Assembly: GCA_002763075.1 (NCBI GenBank)
Contig: PFDB01000015.1
Location: forward strand, 5,747 to 69,746
Direction: 5' to 3'
From: Candidatus Pacearchaeota archaeon CG10_big_fil_rev_8_21_14_0_10_34_76
Lineage (GTDB): Archaea; Nanobdellota; Nanobdellia; Pacearchaeales; GW2011-AR1
Length of the DNA: 64,000 bases
The position numbers and the translations under genes are program-made. The notes below the pieces were generated by a model. It worked only from the letters and a program-made list of their open reading frames with translations. It was not told the origin of the DNA and did not search any database. Shown in pieces: positions 38,749 to 48,734 of the stretch. How positions within the stretch are numbered: position 1 is the stretch's first letter; each line of letters begins with the position of its first letter.

Positions 38749-39216
38749 ATGACAGAAGAAAATGAAAGACGAGTGTATGAGGGATTTGCCTTTGGTACTA
38801 GAGGGAGAGAACCCACAGAATTAGAGAGAAGTCTAGGAGACATTCAAATAAGAATAAATGACCTTCCAGAAGCTTTAAGGGCAAATGAAGGTTGGTTCGT
38901 TGAAGTGCGTTTGGGAGATAAACCCTATGCTGGTGTTATTCGAGGTATGACGCAAGATGGAGGGTATGTGATTAAGCCAACAATTCATAGAACTCCCCTG
39001 TCTTTAGTATCTGACGACAAAATACCTCAAATGGAAAAATCTGTTTGGTTGGATGAGGCTGAAATAGCTTATGGTCCATTGATTAATATTACTAGAACAA
39101 GCAGAGAAGTTTTAGATGCAATGGGAATGGGTTTTGATTCTGTCAGACACCTAGGAAAATACTTCACAATTGCAAATAGATTAGAAAATCCAATAAACAA
39201 CACCGAGAGCGACTAA
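38749..39216 (+). CDS. Hypothetical protein
   Basis: 155-aa ORF with own promoter GAAAGATTTAAAAA; 3' overlap with the convergent gene. Confidence 0.6.
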   Translation: MTEENERRVYEGFAFGTRGREPTELERSLGDIQIRINDLPEALRANEGWFVEVRLGDKPYAGVIRGMTQDGGYVIKPTIHRTPLSLVSDDKIPQMEKSVWLDEAEIAYGPLINITRTSREVLDAMGMGFDSVRHLGKYFTIANRLENPINNTESD

Positions 39217-40116
39217 ACAACCTGCGGATATGAATGGCATTGCAGGATAGAACTTGCCTTTTTCTGAATAATAAAATAGGATTGATAATGCTATTGTTGC
39301 CCCTATTGAAATCAAGATTGCTGCAAAGACTCCGAATGCTGCCAATACTACTCCTGCGAGGATTATAGGGAAGACAACATCTCCTCCTCCAAGGATTGCT
39401 ACATTCACCCCGATTTTCTTTCCTTTTTTAGATTTAGATTTTGAAAGTTTTGATTTTTTCAATAATTCCTTATCTTTTTTGCTCATATATGGCACAAAGA
39501 ATCCTGAGAATACACGGACTTTTTCTATTTGGTATTTTGCCATTTTCTGCATAAATCCTGCATGCCATACTGCATAGATGTCATATACAGATATGAATAA
39601 TAGCAATATGACAACAGTCCATACATTGAGAAGAGGTATGAAAACAGTAGCAATTCCAGGATAAATTAACATTTCTGTAAAATTGTGCACTATGATATTC
39701 CTTTGGAAAACTTTTATTATTGCAAATGGAAGGGCTATAATCAATGCGATATATGCAGAATTTGGAATTTTAATAAAGAAAGCATTTAATGCTAGAGAGA
39801 GACCTATAGTAACTACAACAAAGAACCATAATCTTAGGAATATTTCTGCTCGAATTTTCATCAAAGCGAATATCAACAAGACTGCTATGGCTATTGCAAT
39901 CAATATTGAAATGACTGTCGTTCCAGGTGTTGTTCCTTCAGGAGGATTGAAGCCATAAGGAAGATTATATACTTTTTCGGTTTCTACTAAACCAGTAGTT
40001 TGGTTTGTATATTGGACAATTTCTGGAGCGTATGCATTAGCAACAAAAATACCTATGAGCTGGGCTATAAAGAACATAGAAATTAAGATGAGGATTATTT
40101 TTATTTGATATTTCAT
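39181..40116 (-). CDS. Presenilin/SPP-family intramembrane aspartyl protease (A22)
   Basis: SVYDIYAVW, LGGGD, PAMP motifs, about 9 TM; start set at MKYQ (40116). Confidence 0.9.
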   Translation of the reverse strand: MKYQIKIILILISMFFIAQLIGIFVANAYAPEIVQYTNQTTGLVETEKVYNLPYGFNPPEGTTPGTTVISILIAIAIAVLLIFALMKIRAEIFLRLWFFVVVTIGLSLALNAFFIKIPNSAYIALIIALPFAIIKVFQRNIIVHNFTEMLIYPGIATVFIPLLNVWTVVILLLFISVYDIYAVWHAGFMQKMAKYQIEKVRVFSGFFVPYMSKKDKELLKKSKLSKSKSKKGKKIGVNVAILGGGDVVFPIILAGVVLAAFGVFAAILISIGATIALSILFYYSEKGKFYPAMPFISAGCLVALGVVYWIF

Positions 40117-40117
40117 T

Positions 40118-40226
40118 CTACAACCTCTCCGGGTTCTAGGTCCACGAGAGCAGGACTCTCGGTCCATCCAACTCTTGCGAGTTGTATGAGTCCAGGTGAA
40201 ACAGCCAAGGACACCTCTCCGGGTGT
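40118..40226 (-). ncRNA. Putative four-hairpin structured RNA/leader upstream of the presenilin-like gene
   Basis: GC-rich island; hairpins ACACC-CGGAGA-GGTGT, CAACTC-GCAA-GAGTTG, CGAGAG-TCCTG-CTCTCG, AACC-CGGAGA-GGTT. Confidence 0.55.
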
Positions 40227-40312
40227 ATTTGACATTGAGGGCCTCTCTTTTAATTTAATGAAGAACATTATTTATTGTAGGTTTACAGCTTTTTAAGTCT
40301 TAGCAATTTGAA

Positions 40313-42193
40313 TTACTTTAGTCTAATTGTCTCGAGGTTTCTTGGGACTATTGTCTCTATATGACTTTGTTTATATAATGTTGAAGCAAGATCAAGAGAT
40401 TTAGATTGCTCTCCGTGATTGATTATTATCTTCTTTGGGCGAGGATTCATCCTGCTCACAAACTGTAAAAGTTCATTTCTTCCTGAGTGTGCAGATAAAC
40501 CATTTAAAGTCTCAACGCGCATTTTGACTGCAATTTTTTCTCCGTCTACATCTACAACATTATTTCCTTCCTGAACCTGTTTCCCTAAAGATGAGGGAGC
40601 TTGATAACATCCAAAAACAATCATGTTGTTTGGATTATCTGCAAGATTTTTGAAATATTCAACAGAAGCCCCTCCAACAAGCATTCCAGATGTGGCTATT
40701 ATAATACATGGGCCTCCTTCAATAACCAGCTTTCTTTCTGCAGGGGAACCCACTCTTTGGAATATTTCTGATGTGAATGGATTATTATCTTGGAATATCT
40801 GGCTTCTTACACTTGCACTCAGAAAATCAGGGTATGCAGTATGGATTGCATTAATGTCCCAGACCATTCCGTCTATATATACTGGAATTTTTGGCAACTC
40901 TCCTTTCCTTACAGCTTCTTCTACTCTTAAGACTGTTTCTTGAGCATGACCAAGTCCTAACTCTGGAAGTAATATTTTTCCATTCTTTTCTATGGTTTCT
41001 CTTGCCATTGCAAGGAACTTGTCTTCAGTCTCTTTTCTTGGGGGAAGAACGTCTGCTTTTGAACCATAAGTTGATTCAAGAGTTATTGTTTCTACACGAG
41101 GATAATGATTTACTGCAGGATCCAACAATCTTGTCCTTCTATAATTTGTGTCTGCAGTATATACAAAATTGTGCAATCCATTTCCTATATTTATATGCAC
41201 GACTGCTGAGCCTAAAACATGACCTGCATTGTAAAATGTTATTCTAATATCTGGAGTGATGTCTGAGACTTCTCCGTAATTCAGACAGATTGAATGCTTT
41301 ACCATTTCCTTTATGTCTTCTGCCCTGTACAATGGAGATGCTGCCTGCTTGTAAGCGACACCCACAAAATCTAATGCAAGAAGAGCTGAAATATCTCTAG
41401 TTGGGGGAGTCATATAAACTGGGCCTTTATAACCCATTTTGTATAAATAAGGAATAAGTGCAGAATGATCTGTATGGGCGTGAGATAGAACAATAGCATC
41501 TATGGAATTAAGATCCCCTACTTCTGCTACATCCATATATGGAAATCTTTCGGCACCTTCTGCTATTCCTGGGTTTATCCCGCAGTCTAGAAGAACCTTT
41601 GATTTAGGGGTTTGTAGAAGAAGACAGGAGCGACCAACTTGCCTTCCGCTTCCTAAATAAGTAACTCTAACCCACATGTCCATTTTCTCTGGACTCCAAT
41701 CATCATATATTTTTTTCCCTATGTCATTAAGGAATTTTTTTCTATAACTATTATTTGCATAAAGAACTGACCTAATCTTTTCAGTTATCTTGGAATGTAT
41801 TGCAGGACTTCTCTGTACAGTGGGAGTCCACATAGTTGAACCTTTTATATCTCCCAGAATAGATCCTTGTTTTCCAATCACAAGGCCTGGCTTTTTAGCT
41901 TCAATAACTACTGTGCTTCTTTGTACATCAAAGATAATATTCTCTATTTGTGCTTCTTGGGGTACGAGCTCCCTTATAGTTTTCTCTGTTTCCTCCTCTG
42001 AAGCAAGAATTTTTTGATCTGCACGAAGTTCTATTCTTTTCTTTATCTTATCTACAACTTGTTTTATTTGTGATTCTCCTGTTCGAAAGAAATCTTTTTC
42101 ATCTGTGTAAAGAACTATATTTGCTCCTTCAAAAATTGCATCACTTATTACTTTTGGTAATTCTTCTTTAATACTTTTCAAAATATCGGGCAT
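40313..42193 (-). CDS. aCPSF1 (KH-beta-CASP ribonuclease, FttA)
   Basis: N-terminal KH (KPGLVIGK), SHAHTDH, AGHVLG, SAHS, NHGE. Confidence 0.95.
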   Translation of the reverse strand: MPDILKSIKEELPKVISDAIFEGANIVLYTDEKDFFRTGESQIKQVVDKIKKRIELRADQKILASEEETEKTIRELVPQEAQIENIIFDVQRSTVVIEAKKPGLVIGKQGSILGDIKGSTMWTPTVQRSPAIHSKITEKIRSVLYANNSYRKKFLNDIGKKIYDDWSPEKMDMWVRVTYLGSGRQVGRSCLLLQTPKSKVLLDCGINPGIAEGAERFPYMDVAEVGDLNSIDAIVLSHAHTDHSALIPYLYKMGYKGPVYMTPPTRDISALLALDFVGVAYKQAASPLYRAEDIKEMVKHSICLNYGEVSDITPDIRITFYNAGHVLGSAVVHINIGNGLHNFVYTADTNYRRTRLLDPAVNHYPRVETITLESTYGSKADVLPPRKETEDKFLAMARETIEKNGKILLPELGLGHAQETVLRVEEAVRKGELPKIPVYIDGMVWDINAIHTAYPDFLSASVRSQIFQDNNPFTSEIFQRVGSPAERKLVIEGGPCIIIATSGMLVGGASVEYFKNLADNPNNMIVFGCYQAPSSLGKQVQEGNNVVDVDGEKIAVKMRVETLNGLSAHSGRNELLQFVSRMNPRPKKIIINHGEQSKSLDLASTLYKQSHIETIVPRNLETIRLK

Positions 42194-42205
42194 TTTAAAT
42201 AATTA

Positions 42206-42859
42206 TTAACTATAGGTAGGAATTATCTCTTGGGATACTACGTGGTTAACTCCGTCTTTAGTTATTGTGAAAACATCTATTCCATTTCCTGAGCCAACAT
42301 CTCTTTGGGTTGAAGATTTCAAGGCCTCAACAGCTAAGTCTACACCTTGTTGAATTGTCATGTCCTTTTTCCATTGTCTCTCTAAAAGACCCAGAACGAA
42401 AGGCATTCCAGATGAAAAGTTGGCATCATAATCGTCCACAGGGTACACTCCGCCTGCAGGTTCTACAGTATATAATTCTGTAACCCCATCATCATTTACC
42501 CCTCCTACAAGCATTCCAACAATGCTAGGGATCATTGAAGGAGTTCTAATATTCCTGTAAGTCATCATGCCGAAAAGAGACGCTGCTTCTCTAACACTTG
42601 GGCGAATTTTTGTCTTAAGTTCCTTAAGTTTTAGCTCTGCTCCGAATACTCTCTGACTTAAATCAATATCTGAAGCAACTCCTGTGCCTGCTACTACAAT
42701 ATAATCATTTATATTGATGACTTTTTTTGATCTTTTTGACATAACTAGATTTCCTGCAGTTGATCTCCTATCCCCTGCTATAACTATTCCTTCCTTGCAC
42801 ACAATTCCAAGTATGCTTGTACCCGACTTCATTATATTATCGCTAAGATTATCTTTCAT
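42206..42859 (-). CDS. psmB: Proteasome beta subunit
   Basis: KSG|TSILG propeptide site, DRRST, SGNGID; adjacent to aCPSF1 as usual in archaea. Confidence 0.93.
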   Translation of the reverse strand: MKDNLSDNIMKSGTSILGIVCKEGIVIAGDRRSTAGNLVMSKRSKKVININDYIVVAGTGVASDIDLSQRVFGAELKLKELKTKIRPSVREAASLFGMMTYRNIRTPSMIPSIVGMLVGGVNDDGVTELYTVEPAGGVYPVDDYDANFSSGMPFVLGLLERQWKKDMTIQQGVDLAVEALKSSTQRDVGSGNGIDVFTITKDGVNHVVSQEIIPTYS

Positions 42860-43004
42860 TAGAACTAAGAACCTCCAAGGTATCTTATGAGATAGTTACA
42901 TGGCAGGCATTTATAAGTTTTTTGGTAGTATGGAGTTGTCGGAATTATTGAGTATAAACAGGTGATAAATGGGTTCAAGTCTGGAGTTGATCATGCTTTT
43001 ATGA

Positions 43005-43649
43005 TCAAGATAAATATCTAAGCCTAAATTTTTCTGCTTTTTCAAAAGCAATTAGCAATGCTGAGTAATAATCATTTTCTTCACTAAGGTATTTTTTTAA
43101 TGCATTCGGTGTTAACCACTTAAATTCTAGAACCTCTCCATCCTTAAAATCCAGATCTGTCTCTGATGTTAAGATGAGACCAAATCCGACCCATTCATTA
43201 TTTATTAAATCTTGATAGTGAAATCTCTCGCAGATATAACCTATCGAACCACTCAAATTTTTTGCTGCATCTAGAAACTCGTTAAGGGAATAAAAATTTT
43301 TAACCTCCAGACCAATTTCTTCATCTGCTTCCTTTGCTAAATTCTCCTCAAATAATAATGGTTCGTATTCTCCCTCTCGTTTTTCATATGGGTTGTGCCC
43401 TGCAACACCCATGTCCCATTTTGGGTTATGGTTCCCGTCATGTTTTTTTGGTTGTTTTAGCTGTAATCCATATTTTTTCAGAAAAGGATTATATACCATG
43501 GCCCACGTACTATAGTGGGTTAGTCTTGGCCGAATATTTTTCTCGTGAGCATATATTTTAGAAATTGGGCCGATTATGGTTCCATCTTTCTTACAATTGA
43601 TTATATATTCTATCTTGTCATCTAGATCATTTCCATTTATATCTTTCAT
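43005..43649 (-). CDS. NUDIX hydrolase, type 1 IPP isomerase-like
   Basis: KWDMGVAGH, KEADEEIGL Nudix box, NEW, EV..FKW. Confidence 0.7.
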   Translation of the reverse strand: MKDINGNDLDDKIEYIINCKKDGTIIGPISKIYAHEKNIRPRLTHYSTWAMVYNPFLKKYGLQLKQPKKHDGNHNPKWDMGVAGHNPYEKREGEYEPLLFEENLAKEADEEIGLEVKNFYSLNEFLDAAKNLSGSIGYICERFHYQDLINNEWVGFGLILTSETDLDFKDGEVLEFKWLTPNALKKYLSEENDYYSALLIAFEKAEKFRLRYLS

Positions 43650-44422
43650 TTGCTTAAAGGTTTAGATAGATTGTCAATCCATTTTAGGAATATATCCTTA
43701 ATCTCATCCAATTGTTCGGGAGTCCTGAAAGTATGCTCTGCTCCTTTTATAATATGAAATTCTTTCTGAGATTTAAGAGCGTTGTATAATATCTTATGAT
43801 GTTCTACAGGGGTTGAATCATCGTTCTCTCCAACTATCAACAAAACGGGAACCCTTATCTTATCTACTTCCCTCAACACATCATATTTCAACCTATCCTC
43901 CATATGACTCCATTTAAGTCTCTTAGTTCTCCCGGAATGTCCTACCCAAGTTTTCATTCCCTCTCTTCTCCATTTCTCCAGACTGTCAGATTTTTTATTC
44001 TGAAAACTTAGTTCTCCAGAAATTACTGTAGATATTGGTGCTAAGGCCATGATTTTATCTGGAAATTTTTGGGCATATAGAAGAACGCAAATTCCCCCTA
44101 CACTGTGTCCAGCCAATATAAATGGTTCCTTATACCATTCTTGATTTTTAGACCAAGAAATTATATCTTCTAAATCTGCATAATAGTTAGTTATTGTTGC
44201 ATCCTCTAAATTTCCATCACTTTCTCCATGAGTATTTGTTGTATCGAAGCTGATTACATTATACCCTCTTTCCTTGAATGCATTTATCATAACCATGATG
44301 TGAGGTTGTTCCTTGTTCCCACTTAAACCATGCATTACAAATACAAGACCTCGTGGATTCTTATTCGTTTCCACTAAAACTGAAATCCTTCTCCCATCGC
44401 GATTTTCTATGAAATGTTTCAT
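43646..44422 (-). CDS. Alpha/beta hydrolase
   Basis: HGLSG, GHSVGG, GENDD, GAEH. Confidence 0.9.
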   Translation of the reverse strand: MKHFIENRDGRRISVLVETNKNPRGLVFVMHGLSGNKEQPHIMVMINAFKERGYNVISFDTTNTHGESDGNLEDATITNYYADLEDIISWSKNQEWYKEPFILAGHSVGGICVLLYAQKFPDKIMALAPISTVISGELSFQNKKSDSLEKWRREGMKTWVGHSGRTKRLKWSHMEDRLKYDVLREVDKIRVPVLLIVGENDDSTPVEHHKILYNALKSQKEFHIIKGAEHTFRTPEQLDEIKDIFLKWIDNLSKPLSK

Positions 44423-44469
44423 TTTTAACTCTAAATGCACTTGGGATTTCTGTTTAATAAATTTTATCC

Positions 44470-46515
44470 TTATACAACGTTACAGATTCCATGTTCTTTC
44501 TTAAGACGTATTACATTATCAACGAAACCTTCTATTTTTTGCTCGTGACTGACTATGATAAGTTGGTCTGCGCTTAGCTCCTGAAGAACGTCCCTAACTT
44601 TATTGAGCTGTTGGTCTGAAAATCCGTCTGTTGGTTCATCAAGAATGACGAGGCTTTTTGTCTTTATCTGGCTGAAGACTGAGTTTATTGTCTCATTTAA
44701 TGCGAGACGATATGCAAGCGCTATAGCAGTTCTTTCTCCGCCTGAGAGAAAAGAATAATCCAGCTCGAATTCTCCTTGCATTATTACTGGAGTGAAATTC
44801 TCGTCGAGACTGACATAGAAAGAATCTGCTGCCAACATCTCAAACCATTTATTAAAAAGTCTTGAGAATTCCTGTCTTAGTTTGAATAGGATATTTTTTT
44901 CTGTGAATGCAAGAAGAGCGCTAAAATCTCCAGATATCCATGACTCTAAATCCAGAAGTGAGTGAAGCTCTTTTGTGAGGTGTTCTTTTTCAGAGATTTT
45001 TTTTGATATTCTCTCGTTTTCTAAGGATATCATCTCATGCTCCTTTTTTGTGCTAGCTATCTCTATCTCAACTATCTTCTCATCCTTATATGCAGACTTT
45101 AAATCCTCCTCTTTTTTTCTGTACATAGAATCAAATTTTGAAAACTCAAATGCAGAAGATTTTAAAGAATTTAAATGACCTTCAAGAAATTCTATATCTT
45201 CCCTCATTGAAGATATCTTTTTTTCTACGTCTTCAGCATTCTTTTTGAATTTCTCCATTTCTTCTAGTCTTGCGCGGTTTATCTCTAGAAGAGATTTTCT
45301 TTTTTCAGAATAATCCAAATTTGATTCAAGGGAGTTTTTTTCAACAGATATTTTTTGCAATTGCAACTGGCACTCGTTTATTATCTTATTTGCACTTGAA
45401 ATTGACTTTTCTGTATCATTTATTATATTATGCTTATGAACTTCTGAAACATCTTGGAGACAAGTCGGACAAAAATCAATCTTAAAGACCCTGTCCTTTT
45501 TCTCCAAGTCTTCTTTAATTTTAAGATTTATAGAATTAAGTTTCGACTGATAGTGTATCTCTTCATTTTTTAGATTTTCAATTGCAGTTTTTTTTAGAAT
45601 GATATTTTGAATTGTTTCTTCAAGCTCTTCCTTATTGAATTCGAGAACATTTTCAGATAATCTTTTTTTAAGATTTTCTGATTCTTCTTCAAGATCCGCC
45701 AATTGGGATCTTTTGTTTGATTTAAGTATATTTGTTTTCTCTATCTCTTTTTCAAATCTTTCTTTTTCTTTTATCTTGTTCTCTAATCCAAGTAATTCTG
45801 ATTCTATACTTTTTCGTAGAAGTATTTTTTCTGAGAGTTCTATAAATCTTTTCTCTATTATTGATTCAAGCTCTAGGATTTTTGCATTTTTTACCTCGAG
45901 ATCAGAGCGATATTCTTCCAAATTATCTATGTTTGCCTTAAGAAATCTTATTTTTTCTTTCAGTCTTGAAGAGACTATATCTGCATTTTCCTTTATTCTT
46001 TTATATTTGTCTATTCCAAATATATGTCTTAACACATTTAATCTTGTTTCGGGATCATCCAGGATTATTTGCTTCATCTCTTCCTGAGGAGAGTATACAG
46101 TATACTTGTAAAGAAGATTTGTTTTTTTTACAAATTCGGCAGGATAGTTTAGAAGCTTTAGAATTTTTGTCTTTAACTCTGTGACTGACATCTCTGAAGT
46201 CTGACCATCCAAGGTTATTGAAGAATAATCCTGGCTCACTGTCTTTTTCCCCATTTTTAACCCTCTTTCAATAATTACTGTAACATCATCTATTTCAAGC
46301 TCTAATGTAACTCTTGCTGAGTCTTCTCCATTCCTAAGTAATGATGAACCTCTTTGGCCAGGTTGTAAGCCAAAAAGTGCAAATTCTATTGCAAGAAGAA
46401 TAGATGTCTTCCCTGCACCTATATCTCCTGCAAGAATTATTGACCCTGGAGAGAAAATTATCTCTTGATTCTTATAACTTCTTATATTTTTCAAGACAAG
46501 TTTTTTTAATATCAT
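44470..46515 (-). CDS. rad50: Rad50 ATPase
   Basis: GDIGAGKTS, coiled coil with CPTC zinc hook, LSGGE, LDEPT, VSH. Confidence 0.95.
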   Translation of the reverse strand: MILKKLVLKNIRSYKNQEIIFSPGSIILAGDIGAGKTSILLAIEFALFGLQPGQRGSSLLRNGEDSARVTLELEIDDVTVIIERGLKMGKKTVSQDYSSITLDGQTSEMSVTELKTKILKLLNYPAEFVKKTNLLYKYTVYSPQEEMKQIILDDPETRLNVLRHIFGIDKYKRIKENADIVSSRLKEKIRFLKANIDNLEEYRSDLEVKNAKILELESIIEKRFIELSEKILLRKSIESELLGLENKIKEKERFEKEIEKTNILKSNKRSQLADLEEESENLKKRLSENVLEFNKEELEETIQNIILKKTAIENLKNEEIHYQSKLNSINLKIKEDLEKKDRVFKIDFCPTCLQDVSEVHKHNIINDTEKSISSANKIINECQLQLQKISVEKNSLESNLDYSEKRKSLLEINRARLEEMEKFKKNAEDVEKKISSMREDIEFLEGHLNSLKSSAFEFSKFDSMYRKKEEDLKSAYKDEKIVEIEIASTKKEHEMISLENERISKKISEKEHLTKELHSLLDLESWISGDFSALLAFTEKNILFKLRQEFSRLFNKWFEMLAADSFYVSLDENFTPVIMQGEFELDYSFLSGGERTAIALAYRLALNETINSVFSQIKTKSLVILDEPTDGFSDQQLNKVRDVLQELSADQLIIVSHEQKIEGFVDNVIRLKKEHGICNVV

Positions 46516-47663
46516 TTTATTGAAAACACTTTTGAGAACTCTTCGAATACACGGCTCTCAAATATTCTGCTAACTTCTCCCTCCTTTTTATCTACATTCA
46601 GTGCATGAAATAATTGCCCTACATGAGTATTGAAACTGCTTTCATGCTCTTCCTGAAACTTTTTTATTATGTCTTCTTCTATGCTATCTGGATTAACTGT
46701 AAAATTAAATTCTGGCTCATCTGCATATAATTTAGTGGTAGACTTAAGGAAAACATACGCCCCTGAATCTCTTACAAATTTTTCAATCTCATTGAATTTT
46801 ATATCTGTTTTTTTCCCAGATTCGAGAACTCCGCTAATCTTTAATATTATTATTTTATCCTTGAGATCCTTATCTTTTAATGAAACCAGTATATCTGCTG
46901 TTGCAGTGAATGCATTTGTTATTTTTTTTTCCACTATGAGTACATCTTTTAATTTTATGGATATTTTTTTGGGTTTACTTTTTGTGTCTACAATATAAAA
47001 AGAGCCTCCCTGCAATTCCTCTAATTCATTAGAATTGTTTGGAAATGTTGGTCCGCAATAGACTCTTGAATTTTTATTATAATCTATATGCAAATGGGCA
47101 AGAGCCAAATAATCAACCTTTGGAAGATTGTCTTGATCTACTGCTGAAATTGGCAAAGTCCCAACTGCATCCCTTATTGCTGTGTGAAGCATAAGTATTT
47201 TAAAAAATCCCGGAGATTCCTGAAGTTTAATGCGAGATATTTCTTCTACTTCCATCCCAGATTTTTTTCCAGGGTATCCATAAATTGCGGCCCCATTGTA
47301 TAAAATTGGAGAGAGAATTATTGAACCGTTCCTTTCTTCTGGCTGATGGGCGTTTTTAGCAAACCCTGCTTTTTCTAGTACCTCAAGAAAAGTTTTTCCT
47401 GATGCAGAGTAATCGTGGCTTCCTGCAATCAAAAAAACAGGTATGTTTGCGTCTTTTAATTTCCTAAACTGTTCAAACGCATCTTTTATTGTGTCTATTG
47501 GAGGATAAGCAGTATCAAACAAATCTCCTGCTATAAGAACAAAGTCTACTTTCTCTTTTATACTTGTATTTACAGCTGAGGCAAAGCTCTGCATTGTGAG
47601 TGTGGCTAGTTCTGGATGGCGCCATCCCCCAAGATGACAATCTCCCATGTGCGCAAATCTCAT
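46512..47663 (-). CDS. mre11: Mre11 nuclease
   Basis: DCHLG, AGDLFD, GSHD, LAHLH; coupled to rad50. Confidence 0.93.
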   Translation of the reverse strand: MRFAHMGDCHLGGWRHPELATLTMQSFASAVNTSIKEKVDFVLIAGDLFDTAYPPIDTIKDAFEQFRKLKDANIPVFLIAGSHDYSASGKTFLEVLEKAGFAKNAHQPEERNGSIILSPILYNGAAIYGYPGKKSGMEVEEISRIKLQESPGFFKILMLHTAIRDAVGTLPISAVDQDNLPKVDYLALAHLHIDYNKNSRVYCGPTFPNNSNELEELQGGSFYIVDTKSKPKKISIKLKDVLIVEKKITNAFTATADILVSLKDKDLKDKIIILKISGVLESGKKTDIKFNEIEKFVRDSGAYVFLKSTTKLYADEPEFNFTVNPDSIEEDIIKKFQEEHESSFNTHVGQLFHALNVDKKEGEVSRIFESRVFEEFSKVFSIK

Positions 47664-47678
47664 CAGCAAAGACCTCCT

Positions 47679-47703
47679 GTAAGGAGACCAAGGTTTCCCC
47701 TAC
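47679..47703 (-). repeat. GTAG-type REP/IS200-IS605-end-like hairpin
   Basis: GTAGGGGAAACC-TT-GGTCTCCTTAC, immediately followed by AGGAGGT SD of mre11. Confidence 0.5.
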
Positions 47704-47790
47704 GACCCCATCCCTTAGGGTACAGCATCCATTTTTTCATATAAAAACTCCTTGACTGGGAGTATTTATTGATTGTTGTAATCTGCGTAA

Positions 47791-48315
47791 TTAATTGATT
47801 TCCCAGACTTCTAAGAGTTCCATAAATAATTTCTTTTTTGAGAGAGCATTTTTTCTTAAATTGAGTTTATTTAGGAGAGAAGCTATTCTTTTTCTTGGAG
47901 TAAGGGATGAAATTAGGATGATTATTGAACCATTTTTATTTAAGTAGTTTGGAACCTGCTGAAAAAATTTAAGATATATCTCGTCCCCTTTTTCCCCTCC
48001 TGTTGTTGCAAGAGAGCTTTCATTGTCTTCTCTTGGGTCTCGGGGAAGATAGGGAGGGTTGAATACTATGAGATCAAATTTCTCAGAGATGTTTGAGAAA
48101 AGATCTGATTTTATTGTATTGAGACCTTTTTTCTTAAGAAAATTTATTGATTCCTCGTCTATGTCTGATGCAATGACAGATTTTGCTCCAGATTCTTTTG
48201 CTGTTAATGCCTGTATGCCTGAGCCTGAACCCATATCTAAAACTTTTTTATCTTTTGATTTTTTTCTTACCTGTTCCTGTAAGAGATATGAATCATCAGA
48301 AGGATTATAGATCAT
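47791..48315 (-). CDS. HemK2/MTQ2 protein methyltransferase
   Basis: YNPSDDSYLL, DMGSGSG, FNPPYL. Confidence 0.9.
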   Translation of the reverse strand: MIYNPSDDSYLLQEQVRKKSKDKKVLDMGSGSGIQALTAKESGAKSVIASDIDEESINFLKKKGLNTIKSDLFSNISEKFDLIVFNPPYLPRDPREDNESSLATTGGEKGDEIYLKFFQQVPNYLNKNGSIIILISSLTPRKRIASLLNKLNLRKNALSKKKLFMELLEVWEIN

Positions 48316-48734
48316 GTTCCGATTATGCTCTTTAATGCACTAACTACTTTATCTTGAAATATTAAAGAAAATACAAATACTCCAATTAATAAAAACAATA
48401 ATATTGATAAAAATGCTGCTAGTCCTAAGCCCTTTTTCTTAGGTTTTTTGAGAATTATATTCGGCTGAGCTGGAGGAGATTTTGAATCTAAGGGTTTTAC
48501 AAATGCATCTTGTTTTATTTGAGTGTTATTTAATTTAGCATTTTTGGCAGGATCTGTTTGAGGATTGACTTGCATCTCTGGAGTCTTTGTTATGATTCCA
48601 ACATTGACTTCCCTAGCAGCATCTCTGACTTCTTTTTCAGAATATCCTGCATTGATAAAACTTTGAATAGCAATGTCTAGAGGTATTCCTCTTTCTAGGG
48701 CATTCCTTATGCCTCCCATTATATCCTCTTTCAT
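48312..48734 (-). CDS. Hypothetical membrane protein
   Basis: N-terminal RG....A...FINAGYS helical module, C-terminal TM. Confidence 0.7.
   Translation of the reverse strand: MKEDIMGGIRNALERGIPLDIAIQSFINAGYSEKEVRDAAREVNVGIITKTPEMQVNPQTDPAKNAKLNNTQIKQDAFVKPLDSKSPPAQPNIILKKPKKKGLGLAAFLSILLFLLIGVFVFSLIFQDKVVSALKSIIGT

Noticed and set aside
40117..40167. Longer N-terminus (MDRESCSRG...) for the presenilin-like ORF
   Set aside because: Falls in the hairpin element; ATG 40116 has an SD-like sequence and begins the hydrophobic segment
40113..40243. 5S rRNA, RNase P RNA or hammerhead ribozyme
   Set aside because: Only short look-alike words (CACCTGGACTCAT, GAACCCGG, ATGAGTCC..GAAAC); spacing and the required conserved cores or helices are missing
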